Shown here piece after piece: positions 11,115 to 21,330 of a DNA stretch of 64,000 nt; position 1 is the first letter of the stretch, and each line of letters starts with the position of its first letter. This DNA is from Perkinsela sp. CCAP 1560/9 (taxonomy: Eukaryota > Protista > Euglenozoa: Kinetoplastea): assembly GCA_965644495.1 (NCBI GenBank), contig CBFFSA010000028.1, positions 1-64,000 on the forward strand. The letters run 5' to 3'. The notes beneath the pieces are model-generated. The model made no database searches. It was not told the origin of the DNA and saw only the letters and a program-made list of their open reading frames with translations. Position numbers and translations under genes: made by a program.

Positions 11115-11132
11115 AGTTTCTGTACCTTGTTG
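11115..11132 (+). other. Partial spliced leader (3' 18 nt)
   Basis: AGTTTCTGTACCTTGTTG at the 5' end of the element. Confidence 0.85.
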
Positions 11133-11222
11133 ATTTCTTTTCTATATCGACTTTTTAATGTTCACCAGACAAGCGTACAGAACATGTTGCATTGATTGTT
11201 GTTGCTTTATTCTTACTTTCCC

Positions 11223-12368
11223 ATGGGAGTGGTCACCCGCTCTAAGGCGAAGGAATCGGGAGTAGCTCCCGAAATTTTGCCTCTCCCCTCCACCCGGCGA
11301 AAGAAGAAAGCAACCGAGGTGCGACCTCCGCCGCCAACATCAGACAAATCCCCGCAACCTGAACCATCCTCCTCTGCACTACGCTCGCAACCATCGCCCG
11401 GCCTGCGGCCTTCATCGCCTTCACTGCATTGCGCGTCCACACCTTTTCGGTCGCAGGCGCAATCAGCAGTACTGCCATCGCTATCGTCCCCTCCGGCGAC
11501 GAAGTCCCCTCCAGCAGATTCCTCGTCGGCCGAAAACGCAATAGAGCTTAGGTTCCCCAGTCTACTCCCGCTGCCGACCGGAAACGATGATACAGAAAGA
11601 AATTTTCGCATGTCATTCAGTGAGTTGAAAAAGCAGTTGGACGCACGCGCAGACTCGGAATTGCGCAGACTCGTGCCAAGACTCGGAATTGCGCACCCAC
11701 AGTTACCCGAAAGTATTCTTTGCCCCGGATGCAAAGCTATACTCAATAGCAAGACTGCACTAACACACATACCGGGATGCGTACGCTGTCCGGGATTCAA
11801 CGCCACAGCAAAGCACAACGCCCTAGTTCAATTTGTGTACAAACTGTGTCAAAAAGCCGGTTTACCGAGCGAAAAGGAACCAAGAGCACTCAGCACCTGG
11901 AGTTGTTACACGTGTCATCGAACAGTCGACTTCGAAGCCAGAATACTTCATGAAAAAACTTGCACTGGCAGACGATATCATCGCTCAGGACCGGATATAG
12001 TAATATATTGGAACACTGGTGAAGTTTTTTATGATCCCACAGTTATCCACAATCTCGCACCATCCAATATTCACCGTACGTCCAAGCAACTATTTGCCGA
12101 TGCAATTCAACGCAAACGAGGCACATACGTGGCGACAGGTCTAATCCCAGAAGAAAACTTCATGCGCATTCCCGTACTAGCCTCTGGGTCTTTACATAGC
12201 AACACCAGACTACTGCTACATGCGATTGCCGACGCTACCCTTGCGGTGCGACAGGGCACGGAAATGGAATTCAAGTTGCTTGTTCAAGAACTGGCGGGTA
12301 CTCAGGTATACTCACAGTTACGTCAGCACCTGAGTCACACAAACAAAGAGTGCGAAAGTTTGTATTAA
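11223..12368 (+). CDS. Internally deleted lineage-2 protein: Pro-rich N-terminus fused in frame to Zn knuckle-RLE, no RT
   Basis: MGVVTRSKAK N-terminus, then CPGC..HIPGC..C, AKHN, EPR, RSGPD..YD..K; poly(A) at ~12535-12544. Confidence 0.8.
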   Translation: MGVVTRSKAKESGVAPEILPLPSTRRKKKATEVRPPPPTSDKSPQPEPSSSALRSQPSPGLRPSSPSLHCASTPFRSQAQSAVLPSLSSPPATKSPPADSSSAENAIELRFPSLLPLPTGNDDTERNFRMSFSELKKQLDARADSELRRLVPRLGIAHPQLPESILCPGCKAILNSKTALTHIPGCVRCPGFNATAKHNALVQFVYKLCQKAGLPSEKEPRALSTWSCYTCHRTVDFEARILHEKTCTGRRYHRSGPDIVIYWNTGEVFYDPTVIHNLAPSNIHRTSKQLFADAIQRKRGTYVATGLIPEENFMRIPVLASGSLHSNTRLLLHAIADATLAVRQGTEMEFKLLVQELAGTQVYSQLRQHLSHTNKECESLY

Positions 12369-12783
12369 GTATCGCAGAAGGACCCAACTTTACAACTAGA
12401 ATATAACAAAGCTTGCATAGTCGCGTAAGCTTCAAACATAACACCCCCACTATTGGGGGGTAGCGCCATTAACAGGTTAGCTTATTTATTTATTTATCTA
12501 TTTATCTATTTATTTGTAAGTCCTGTTCTAGTTAAAAAAAAAAAGTAAAGACCTTTCTATAAGTTTACGATAAGAAATTTAGGAGACTTTATTTACAAAA
12601 AAAAAAAAAAAAATATTTGGCAAAAAAAAAATTGGCGCAAAAAAATTGATTGTGTTGTTTTATGCAGGCTTGTTCCACTTTTTGTATTAAGACAAAAAAA
12701 AAAAAAAAAAAAAAAACGCAGAGGAAGAAAAGAAAACAAAAGAGAAAGCAGCTGAAACGTCACGTAGGCAGTGCGAAGACTCA

Positions 12784-15515
12784 GTGGCCACGGCAATCCC
12801 CTCACGCAAACCTCGCATAAAAGTGATCATTGGAAAACAGCGACAAGAAAATCACACAACGATAAGATCAAGTAATGAAGTTCCCCACTCTGAACCATCT
12901 TCGCGTCTTCAAACACTCGGTAAGGTTGCTGGAGTGGTCGGAAAGACTGTGTGGAATGGGCTGCTGACACTGCACGGTGTTCCTACAGCCGAGGAGCGTG
13001 TGACAAGGGAACGCCAAATTGCAGAAACCGCTCGAGGAAAAGAAAGAAGAACGATATCAAAGTTAGATTGCCTCCAGATCACTACGATAAATACAGAATC
13101 TTCAGCGGAACAAACGGTAGGGATGCAAGACGGCAATACCGAGTCTCAGGCAAGCGTCGTTTGGCCAGGCACTACGACGACTGAGTCGATCACTGCGACG
13201 AAAGATGAAACTTCAGCCGAACAGCCGACGCAGGACGCAGATGTCGAATGTCAGACATACGCCGGCTGTTTAACTCCTGAGGACACCCCATTGAGCACGG
13301 GAAGGGTTGACGGGTCTACGACACTGCACGCGGTAGTTGACGAAAATAATATCACGATGCCGAACTTTGAACTTCCTGCTGAAACAGAGTCTGTCATAGA
13401 AGTTGCCAAGGAGGCCGAGATGATAGAGAAGTTGAATAAGTCGATAAACCCAACGGAGCAGTTTCCACTGGCACCGGATACCATCTGGGATTCATCAAAA
13501 ACGGCGAAACAAGGGGACTCGTGCTTGATGGCATGGTGCTTCAGCGATTCCTCGCAGCTGAATGTATCGAAAGGGGTGGTTAAGTCGGTTAAGAAGCGTT
13601 CCGGAATCGGACGGATGTCTCTCCAGTACGAAGGTATAGAAGGGTACAAATGCGGCGAGCAATTTCGTGGGTTCATTCCTCCAAACTCTAATGTGAGAGT
13701 TTATTCAATACAATGGCTAAATATAAAGGATTCAAAAAGCAGCATTGATGTGGACGCTAAAGGAATTCCCAGTAATCAAGGATTTTCTCATACGGAAGCA
13801 GACTTGGATTTCGATCCAATGCCAACCATGCGGACTGTCAGTGCAGAGTTTGTGCCCTGTGTTGTCTCTATCTATCGTGACATAATGCGGTATTACGCAG
13901 ATTCTTCTTACGACCAACGAAATCAAATCTGGCACAGAACCATGTCGGCAATGAAACATTCGTTAGCTACAGTGCGCCATCTCATTGGAAAAAAGCGTCG
14001 TCGCCGCCCAATTCAAAATCAGGAGACGAACGCAGGAAACAGTGAATTGGAACAAAAGGCTAAAGATCTGAGAGCAGTCAAAAAAGCGACACGACTTGTT
14101 TTGGAAGGAGCGATTAAGAAAGCGACGCGCGTGTTAGATCAAGACATCACCGAAACATCATTAGGGGATGAAGAAAAATTGTCTCAATTACAAAAACTAC
14201 ACCCATCTTTACCGATTTCTTTTGAGCTTCCCACCGACGCCACGAAGGTAGCATGTATCCCGCCCCATGAACTCCGAGAAGCAGGAAAGAGACTCGCAAA
14301 AGGCGCCGCCCCAGGTCCATCCGGTACCACAGAGGCCATCATTCGTCTGCTCTTGGACGATGAGATCTGTTGCACGAGTCTAAGCCACATGATGTGCGAT
14401 TTAATTAACGGACTGCTGTCCAAGGATGTAATGCGCAGACTGCGGAGAGCACGCTTAGTTGCACTCCCTAAAACAGCTCAAGCCGTTCGACCGGTGGCAA
14501 TGGGAGAAATTTTTCTCAAGTTGGCTGGACTAATCCTTCTTCTGCGTAACGAACATAAATTTGAAAAGCTTTTCCTGCCGATGCAGCATGGGGTGATGAG
14601 TCGCGCTGGCTGCGAGACTATTGTTCACGAACTCAATCGACGATATATGGAAGGGTGTGCTATCCTCTCGTTGGATATGAAGAACGCTTTTAATAGCCCT
14701 TCACGCGGCGAGATTGCAAAAGCACTTTTTGCTTTGAGCGCCCTTCGGCCTTTTCAGCGACTATTTGTTGCCGAATATGGGACAGCGTCTGAACTCCTCT
14801 TTTACGGAAAGAACGGGGAACTGTTTTCAACAGTTGAAAGTTCGGCTGGAGTTCGCCAAGGGTCGCCGTTGTCGACTCTATACTTCTGCTCCTTTCTTCA
14901 GCCAATACTGGAGACAATTGCACAAGAATTTCCCATGCTACATATATACGCTTATGTTGATGATATCAATATTGCGTCAACTGAGGAAGATCTTGTTGCA
15001 GCTGCCTATGTTCGCCTCAAAGAACTTCTTCTAAGCAAAAAAATCTGCCTTGCCCCTCAAAAGTGTGTATGGTTTAGCGGTCTGAACAATATTCGCCTAC
15101 CCGAAAGTCTAGCGAATGAAGGCGTTCAGATAGCGGAGAAGGCAGTCAAAACATTAGGAGCCTACGTAGGGGAAGCAACCCGAGTCAGTGAGCTGCTTCT
15201 TGCCAAGCTTGAAAAGCATCTAACCATTTTTCGGCGGCTTTGTGACATGGGAGCAAACAACGTTTCGCTTCTCCTCCTGTCGCGATGTGTTAATGTACGA
15301 CATCGATACCATATAAGGGTGCATCGACCGGGAGAAACTTTTGAAATGGCAAAATCTTTTGACAAGCAAGTGCAAGAAGTTCTTACTGCATGGTTTGGAT
15401 CGATGACACCAAAGCAAATTGCTTGGGCGCGTCTACCTGTGAAGAGCGGAGGATTGGGGTTAACGCCCACTGATCTCTTGCGAAAATCGGCGTATGAAGC
15501 ATCAAGGCACAGTGC
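12784..15515 (+). mobile_element. Lineage-2 RLE element: RT present, 3' (RLE) part missing, start unclear
   Basis: RPVAMGE, DMKNAFN, RQGSPLS, YVDD, GGLG; cut at YEASRHSA by the SL of the next element. Confidence 0.85.
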
Positions 15516-15554
15516 AATCTTTAACGATAAAGATACAGTTTCTGTACCTTGTTG
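15516..15554 (+). other. Full 39-nt spliced leader exon sequence
   Basis: AATCTTTAACGATAAAGATACAGTTTCTGTACCTTGTTG; same length and core as kinetoplastid mini-exons; not followed by a GT intron. Confidence 0.9.
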
Positions 15555-15589
15555 AATTATTTTCTTTTTCTTTGTCTACTCTCTTTTTG

Positions 15590-18500
15590 ATGGTAATGAA
15601 CGAGACACACCCAGACAACCATCCTGAGGACACACCTTTCGACCCTGGAATCATGGATTCTAATCAGAATTCTGTCCACGAAGAAAAATCCCATGAATTG
15701 GGTAGTTGGGACCAGTTTAAGGGCAACGAACATCTTATCCGAAGCGCAAGCACCTATGACGAGAGTTTGTACACTACTGCCATCCCGCAGAATATCCCGC
15801 ACGATTGGATGCGCCGTGCGCACGCTTTAGAAAAGGATATTGAAACGCCCGACATGGGTCACGTACATGACCGAACTGAAGAGGAGATCCATTGTAGTGT
15901 CCAGCGTGATATCGATAAGTCTAATAATGTTGATTTCGAAGGAGCTGATTCGATTTCACACAGCCAACTAAGCACATTTAGCAAGGCTGCGAAGATGACC
16001 GATGAGTGCTCTAATGTCAATTCTGACGGAACCGATTCGACTTCACTCAGCCAATTAAGCACATCTAGCAAGGCTGTGAAGACCACTGATGAGGGTCCTA
16101 ATGTCAACTTCGAGGGAACTGATGCGACTTCACCCAGCCAATTGAGAAAATCTAATAAAGCTGTGAAGGCGAGATTTTTACGACACCTTCGAAACTCAGA
16201 ACACTCTAAGAACTGTTACGAATCCGAAAGCAGTACGGCCACGTTTCCAGACCTCACTCCGACGGACCTCGTTTCTCATTTCTCCGTTTCTAGCAGTCTA
16301 AAGAGGCGCAAGAACAAGAAGTGCTCTAAAAGAAATATTACCTCACAGACATCTTTGAACCAATCAGGCTCCGAAAGCACAGTAGCGACAGAGTCGGGTA
16401 GCGACGGAGTCTCCGTTGAACCGGTATCATCACAAGACAGCTGCGTCACATCGGAAGTAAAGCTTAAGCGGAACCGAGCCACTTTCAAATCCGAGCCTGT
16501 TAAATCACCTAACCTCACGCGGAAGACAAAAACATCGTATAACGCTAGAAAGTGTCCAGTGGAATCATGTTTGTGGCAAACCGGTCCTCATGGAAATCAA
16601 TGGCAGGCGTATTATAATCACGTCTCAAACAGGCACGGGGCGGAAGTAACGGACACGTGGTGGGCAGAGGAAGGAAGATTTCGATGTGCATACTGCAAAA
16701 AACATTACCACTTAGGCAAAAAGGAGTCCCATACGCGACATTGCAAATTTCGCACACACTCATCCGATAACCCTCAGGATCCTTCCCGTGAGGTGAACGA
16801 CTCCCCGAACCCTACCACAAACGCCGCTGTGATGCCTCAACGCCCCCCCGGTACAAACCCTAATGATCAGCCCGATCAGATGGAGGATGTTGACAACTTG
16901 CTGCCGACCTTATCTTCTGTGTGCACACTGCCGGTAATTACGAGCAAGGATATCCCTTATTGCTGCAGGGCTGAATGGGCACGAGTACTCACTTCCTGCT
17001 TGACGGCAGCCACGCTAGATAATACACTCGAGGCGTGGACTCTCCTTGCGATGCTTCCGAAATGTGTCCTTCCGGCCCCCCGCCGTGGAGGCAGTAAGAA
17101 CAAAACCTCTTATGCGTCCTACGTCCGAAAATGTCTTTCCAGATGGAACCAAAAGGAGTACATACCCCTCTGGAGTGAAGCAATCGCCAGTCTACAGCGC
17201 AAACGCAAATCCCCGGCGCAAGCAACCAGCGTAGAAGAAAATGACGACAAGGCAGCTCTACGAGCGGCTAGGCTTGCCCGAGATGGAGAGCTATCGCGTG
17301 CCATGACAGCACTGACCTCGGAGCCACTCGCTCCCCATGACGATGCCACCTACAATAAACTCATAAACAAGCACCCTCCACGACTCTCTGGCGAAGACCC
17401 AGGCGAACAACTTCCTTCATCGTCCGTAACCCCTCTCAAGATCACACAGGAAAATGTAACCGAGGCACTCTCAAGTTTCCACAGAGGATCCTCCGGAGGG
17501 GCGTTCGGCCTTCGGCCAGAACATGTGCAGATAGCCATGGCATATCACAACGATGAGCGCATAGATCCATTGGGAACGCTCACCAAGTTCGTTAACCATC
17601 TTCTTTCCGGAGGCGCGATGGACGAGGTCCAGCCGCACTTCGCTGGCGGACGCTTATGTGCACTTCATAAGGGAGCACACGATGTTCGGCCCATCGCCGC
17701 AGGAGAAACCCTCCGGCGCCTCGCAAGCAAGGTTGCGTGCTTTTCTGTCAAACCAAAGGCCTGTCGGCTCTTCAGAGGACATCAGTACGGGGTTGCAATA
17801 CCCGCTGGAGCCGAGAGGGTAATACATTTATGCAGATTGACCATGGCGGAACACGTTGATGACGAGGACTTTGTCTTATGTAAAGTTGATCTCCGAAATG
17901 CGTTCAACCACGTATCACGCAACAGCTTTATTTCGCTCACCCGTCAATATTTTCCTGAGCTTAGTCCCTATGTCGAATGGTGTTACTCTTCAGACAGCCG
18001 CCTAACCTTCGGAGATCGAACGGTCACCTCTTCTGAAGGAGTTCAGCAGGGAGACCCACTAGGCCCTCTTTTATTTTCTCTCGTCGCGAAGGAACTATTT
18101 ACGGAAATCAAGAAGGCAGCCCCAAGGCTTGACTTAAACATGTGGTTCTTGGACGATGGGGTTCTGTCAGGCAAATCTTCAGACGTCAGGCATGCACTTG
18201 ACGTCATTGCAGTCGAAGGTCCCAAGTGGGGCTTACATCTCAATGTTGCTAAATGTGAACTCATTACGAATCCAGCTGCCTCTGACCGATTTGCTCTTTT
18301 TCCGGACATTCCTGGTTTGAACAAAAACACAGACGGCAATCTTGACATCTTGGGAAGCCCTATTGGATCTACAAGCTTTTGTCACCGATACCTATTGGAA
18401 AATCCAATCAGTCTCGCTGAGGACTCACTAACGGCAATACAAAAGTTGGATGACCCTCAAGTGGCCCTATCGCTCATTCGTCATTGCACAGGATTTTGCA

Positions 18501-19834
18501 AAATGGTGTATGCTCTACGCACGACACCTACCGCGGAGCTACAAGACCTTTGCGAACGCCTGGACCGAGCAGTCCAAAACACGACGGAGCGCTTTATCGG
18601 TCCTTTGGGTGAATCGGCTCGACGACAGGCACAACGAGACAAACGACACGGAGGATTAGGGTTGAGGTCCGCTGCAACACACGCCACATCAGCATACGTA
18701 TCTTCTGTAGCCTTTGCGTCTGCAAATGACCGTTGGGACCCCACGCAAGCTGAGAGTTTTGAATTCGCAGTACTGGACGTCAATAGGCGCGCGGGCTATA
18801 ACTTCGTTTCGAATACAGGGAGAATTCCAAAACCTTCGTCTTCCCCACCTGAACAGTTGAACCCAGAAACAGCAAACTCCGACGATATCATCCCGGACGA
18901 AAGAATCCTAGAAGTTTTGCACCCCGACGACGCAGACCCTGAAGCCTCTCGCCCCGTACTAGTAATCCCGCGACAACGAGAATTAAGCCAGGTGATTTCA
19001 GCATCCCAATACTTGGCAGACTATAAAAACGCAGATGACAAAACCAGAGCCCGATGGGTATCCCAAACGGGAGAAGGGGCATCGGAGTGGGCCTTTGTGA
19101 TTCCATCGAAGACCAGTGGTTTCGCTTTCACTTCCGCCGAGTTTCGCACTCTGACGCGATGGTGGCTAGGGGAAAAAATTTACCCCAAGGCAAGACCCTG
19201 CCCTATGGACAAATGTGGGCTCCCGCTAGGCCCTGAGGGGGACCATGCACTTTCCTGCAAGAGTGGGCATGGTATCATCGCTCGCCACAACGCTCTTGCC
19301 AGACAGTTTGCCCGAGACTGCACAAATGCCGGGCTTACAACGAAGCGGGAAGTAAGCCTGCATAACACGGGCCCTGGCGGCGGTCTGACGCGACCGGCGG
19401 ACGTATTTATCTCAAGTTTTCGAGCGGGCCAGGGCCTTGTAATGGATTTCGCTGTCACACACGTCCAGCAAACAAAATATACGGATCTAGTCCGTGATGC
19501 TAGCGTGGTTTCAGCTGGATCCTTTGCGGAAAGATACGCAACGGAACACAAGCAGAAACAACGGGAAGAAGCCGCCGCAGCCAAACTCCGATTTGCGGCC
19601 ATGGCCGTAGAATCATACGGCTCATGGTGCCCCAGCGCTATGGCGGTGATCCGTGACGTGGCAATTGAGCACTCAATGCACTCCGGTAACCTATCCAAAA
19701 AAGAAGCCTTACATCGACTTCTTGCTGGCTTGAACGTCACTTTAATGCGGTCGCAGGCACGTATGATGGTGCTACGATCCCCACCGACACCTGACCCAGC
19801 CCTGATAGGCTATGGCGATATGGAAGTGGTGTAG
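15590..19834 (+). CDS. LsmAD-like domain - zinc fingers - RT - CCHC - RLE polyprotein
   Basis: First ATG after the SL; CPVESC..H..H, CAYC..H..C; RPIAAGE, DLRNAFN, QQGDPLGP, FLDD; CPMDKC..HALSC, RHN, RPADV, DFAV. Confidence 0.93.
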   Translation: MVMNETHPDNHPEDTPFDPGIMDSNQNSVHEEKSHELGSWDQFKGNEHLIRSASTYDESLYTTAIPQNIPHDWMRRAHALEKDIETPDMGHVHDRTEEEIHCSVQRDIDKSNNVDFEGADSISHSQLSTFSKAAKMTDECSNVNSDGTDSTSLSQLSTSSKAVKTTDEGPNVNFEGTDATSPSQLRKSNKAVKARFLRHLRNSEHSKNCYESESSTATFPDLTPTDLVSHFSVSSSLKRRKNKKCSKRNITSQTSLNQSGSESTVATESGSDGVSVEPVSSQDSCVTSEVKLKRNRATFKSEPVKSPNLTRKTKTSYNARKCPVESCLWQTGPHGNQWQAYYNHVSNRHGAEVTDTWWAEEGRFRCAYCKKHYHLGKKESHTRHCKFRTHSSDNPQDPSREVNDSPNPTTNAAVMPQRPPGTNPNDQPDQMEDVDNLLPTLSSVCTLPVITSKDIPYCCRAEWARVLTSCLTAATLDNTLEAWTLLAMLPKCVLPAPRRGGSKNKTSYASYVRKCLSRWNQKEYIPLWSEAIASLQRKRKSPAQATSVEENDDKAALRAARLARDGELSRAMTALTSEPLAPHDDATYNKLINKHPPRLSGEDPGEQLPSSSVTPLKITQENVTEALSSFHRGSSGGAFGLRPEHVQIAMAYHNDERIDPLGTLTKFVNHLLSGGAMDEVQPHFAGGRLCALHKGAHDVRPIAAGETLRRLASKVACFSVKPKACRLFRGHQYGVAIPAGAERVIHLCRLTMAEHVDDEDFVLCKVDLRNAFNHVSRNSFISLTRQYFPELSPYVEWCYSSDSRLTFGDRTVTSSEGVQQGDPLGPLLFSLVAKELFTEIKKAAPRLDLNMWFLDDGVLSGKSSDVRHALDVIAVEGPKWGLHLNVAKCELITNPAASDRFALFPDIPGLNKNTDGNLDILGSPIGSTSFCHRYLLENPISLAEDSLTAIQKLDDPQVALSLIRHCTGFCKMVYALRTTPTAELQDLCERLDRAVQNTTERFIGPLGESARRQAQRDKRHGGLGLRSAATHATSAYVSSVAFASANDRWDPTQAESFEFAVLDVNRRAGYNFVSNTGRIPKPSSSPPEQLNPETANSDDIIPDERILEVLHPDDADPEASRPVLVIPRQRELSQVISASQYLADYKNADDKTRARWVSQTGEGASEWAFVIPSKTSGFAFTSAEFRTLTRWWLGEKIYPKARPCPMDKCGLPLGPEGDHALSCKSGHGIIARHNALARQFARDCTNAGLTTKREVSLHNTGPGGGLTRPADVFISSFRAGQGLVMDFAVTHVQQTKYTDLVRDASVVSAGSFAERYATEHKQKQREEAAAAKLRFAAMAVESYGSWCPSAMAVIRDVAIEHSMHSGNLSKKEALHRLLAGLNVTLMRSQARMMVLRSPPTPDPALIGYGDMEVV

Positions 19835-19855
19835 TTCCATCCTCTTTTGCATCCT

Positions 19856-20100
19856 CTGGTCCGGATGTTGGTCGTGTCGACAGAGTCTATGCTCACGCCT
19901 AGTCCGTCAGGGCTAGGTACCCCAAGTGAGGTAGCACACGGGTAGTGAATCTCCTCCCCGTCGGCCAGCATCCTGTTTCGCGACCGTGTCGCTGTCGACA
20001 CAGGCCCGCGCCTGCGCCCTCCCGTATAGCAAGGGACGGGTTCACAAGTCAGGCCGTGGAGAGGTCGAAAGACCCGGTCCGGAACGCGCGAATGGATTGG
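19856..20100 (+). ncRNA. Conserved structured cis-RNA in the 3' UTR (also 44209-44477, 49802-50046, partial 45073-45202)
   Basis: Nucleotide-level conservation between divergent families 1A and 1B, with compensatory changes and GNRA-capped hairpins. Confidence 0.75.
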
Positions 20101-21112
20101 GAATGGATTGCTTGTTTTTATTGTTATTGTTTTTATTGTTCTTATACTTACGGGAGATCGAATTGCTAGTTTTGGGCTCCAAAATATGAAATTGCTAATT
20201 TGATTGCTTGTTTTAAAATCATATACCCCCCCCCCCAATGGACCTACTTGGTTCGTCTAATGGGTCAAAATATAGAGGCAATGCCGCGATTCATACTTCT
20301 CCCCCCCTATTAATTGCAAAAAAAAAAAAAAAAAAAAAAACCTGGTCCTAGGGTTTGGAGGTTGTCCCTATAAAAAAAAAAATAAATAAAATGAAATCCA
20401 GTTCATGCTTTCACGTACATTAACAAAGAATATGAAAAGATATATTAAGAAGAAATATAACTGGAAATGGAACCATTGATTGTAAAACAGAACACGTAGG
20501 GAGGACTTTGAAACTTCGACGCCACAGAACATGGAAGCGAAACAAATGGACATCTGTTCCACTCGAATTGACAAATCCGGAGAAGCACAGGAGCCTCACT
20601 ACAAGAGTGCACAGGAATCCTTTGTGAAGCCGAAGAAAACACCAAGAATTCGGGTTGTCATGCAGAGCTCTGGCAGACCGCTGTCATCAAATTGGGCAGA
20701 TCATGAAATGCATGATTTCGAATCGCGACATATCCCATCTAGCCATCGATCGGCTCGGAATCATGAGAAAAGCTGTGAAGTCGATTCCTCGGAAAGCTGC
20801 GATTCACCGAGTGAAGTTTCTGAGGAAGGACACGACTCGGATACTATGTCGTTGGATGGTGAAAAAGAAGGCATCAATTGCATTGGTTTCTCCAAGGCCC
20901 CAGATCAGGTACACAACATAATAAACGAGTGGGGCAAAGACACAACCGGTGCGATTCAATGGAGCTTTCGAAGAATCAATGAGAAATATAGTTCCGTTGG
21001 AGAAGTCGTTAAGAGGACGGTCCGGAAAGGCATCGTGAAACTCAAAATAGCTTACAAACCTTGCGTCGGACATGAGGGGCCCTCAGGCTTTCTTTTTCTT
21101 CCCCAATCAGAA

Positions 21113-21330
21113 TAAAAAAAATAAATAAAATGAAATCCAGTTCGTGCTTTCACGTACATTAACAAAGAATATGAAAAGATATATTAAGAAGAAATATAAC
21201 TGGAAATAGAACATAACTTTCTCAGGGGAGGCGACATCCTTGTACAAAAAAAAAAAAAAAAAAAAATTTATTAAGCTTGTGAATTTTATTAAGCTTGTAA
21301 AAGAATTGCACAATGGAAATTTTGATTTCG
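21113..21330. repeat. Dispersed ~200-bp AT-rich module (also 22322-22538, partial 20371-20468, partial inverted ~50495-50583)
   Basis: Near-identical GAAATCCAGTTCGTGCTTTCACGTAC... segments; the 3' part resembles the start of YR repeat A. Confidence 0.8.

Larger units (their letters stand above)
15516..20340 (+). mobile_element. Full-length CRE/SLACS-like RLE retrotransposon, lineage 1A, copy 1
   Basis: SL at the 5' end, single intact ORF, 3' UTR, poly(A) ~20318-20340. Confidence 0.93.

Noticed and set aside
15494-15589. ORF-track N-terminal extensions (also 34082, 45335, 55696, 11196)
   Set aside because: They read through the SL, poly(A), 5' UTR or neighbouring elements; the first ATG of the element was used instead.
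20085-20102. HDV-like ribozyme call based on GCGAATGG
   Set aside because: The nested double pseudoknot of HDV ribozymes could not be built by eye; retained only as an unclassified structured RNA.
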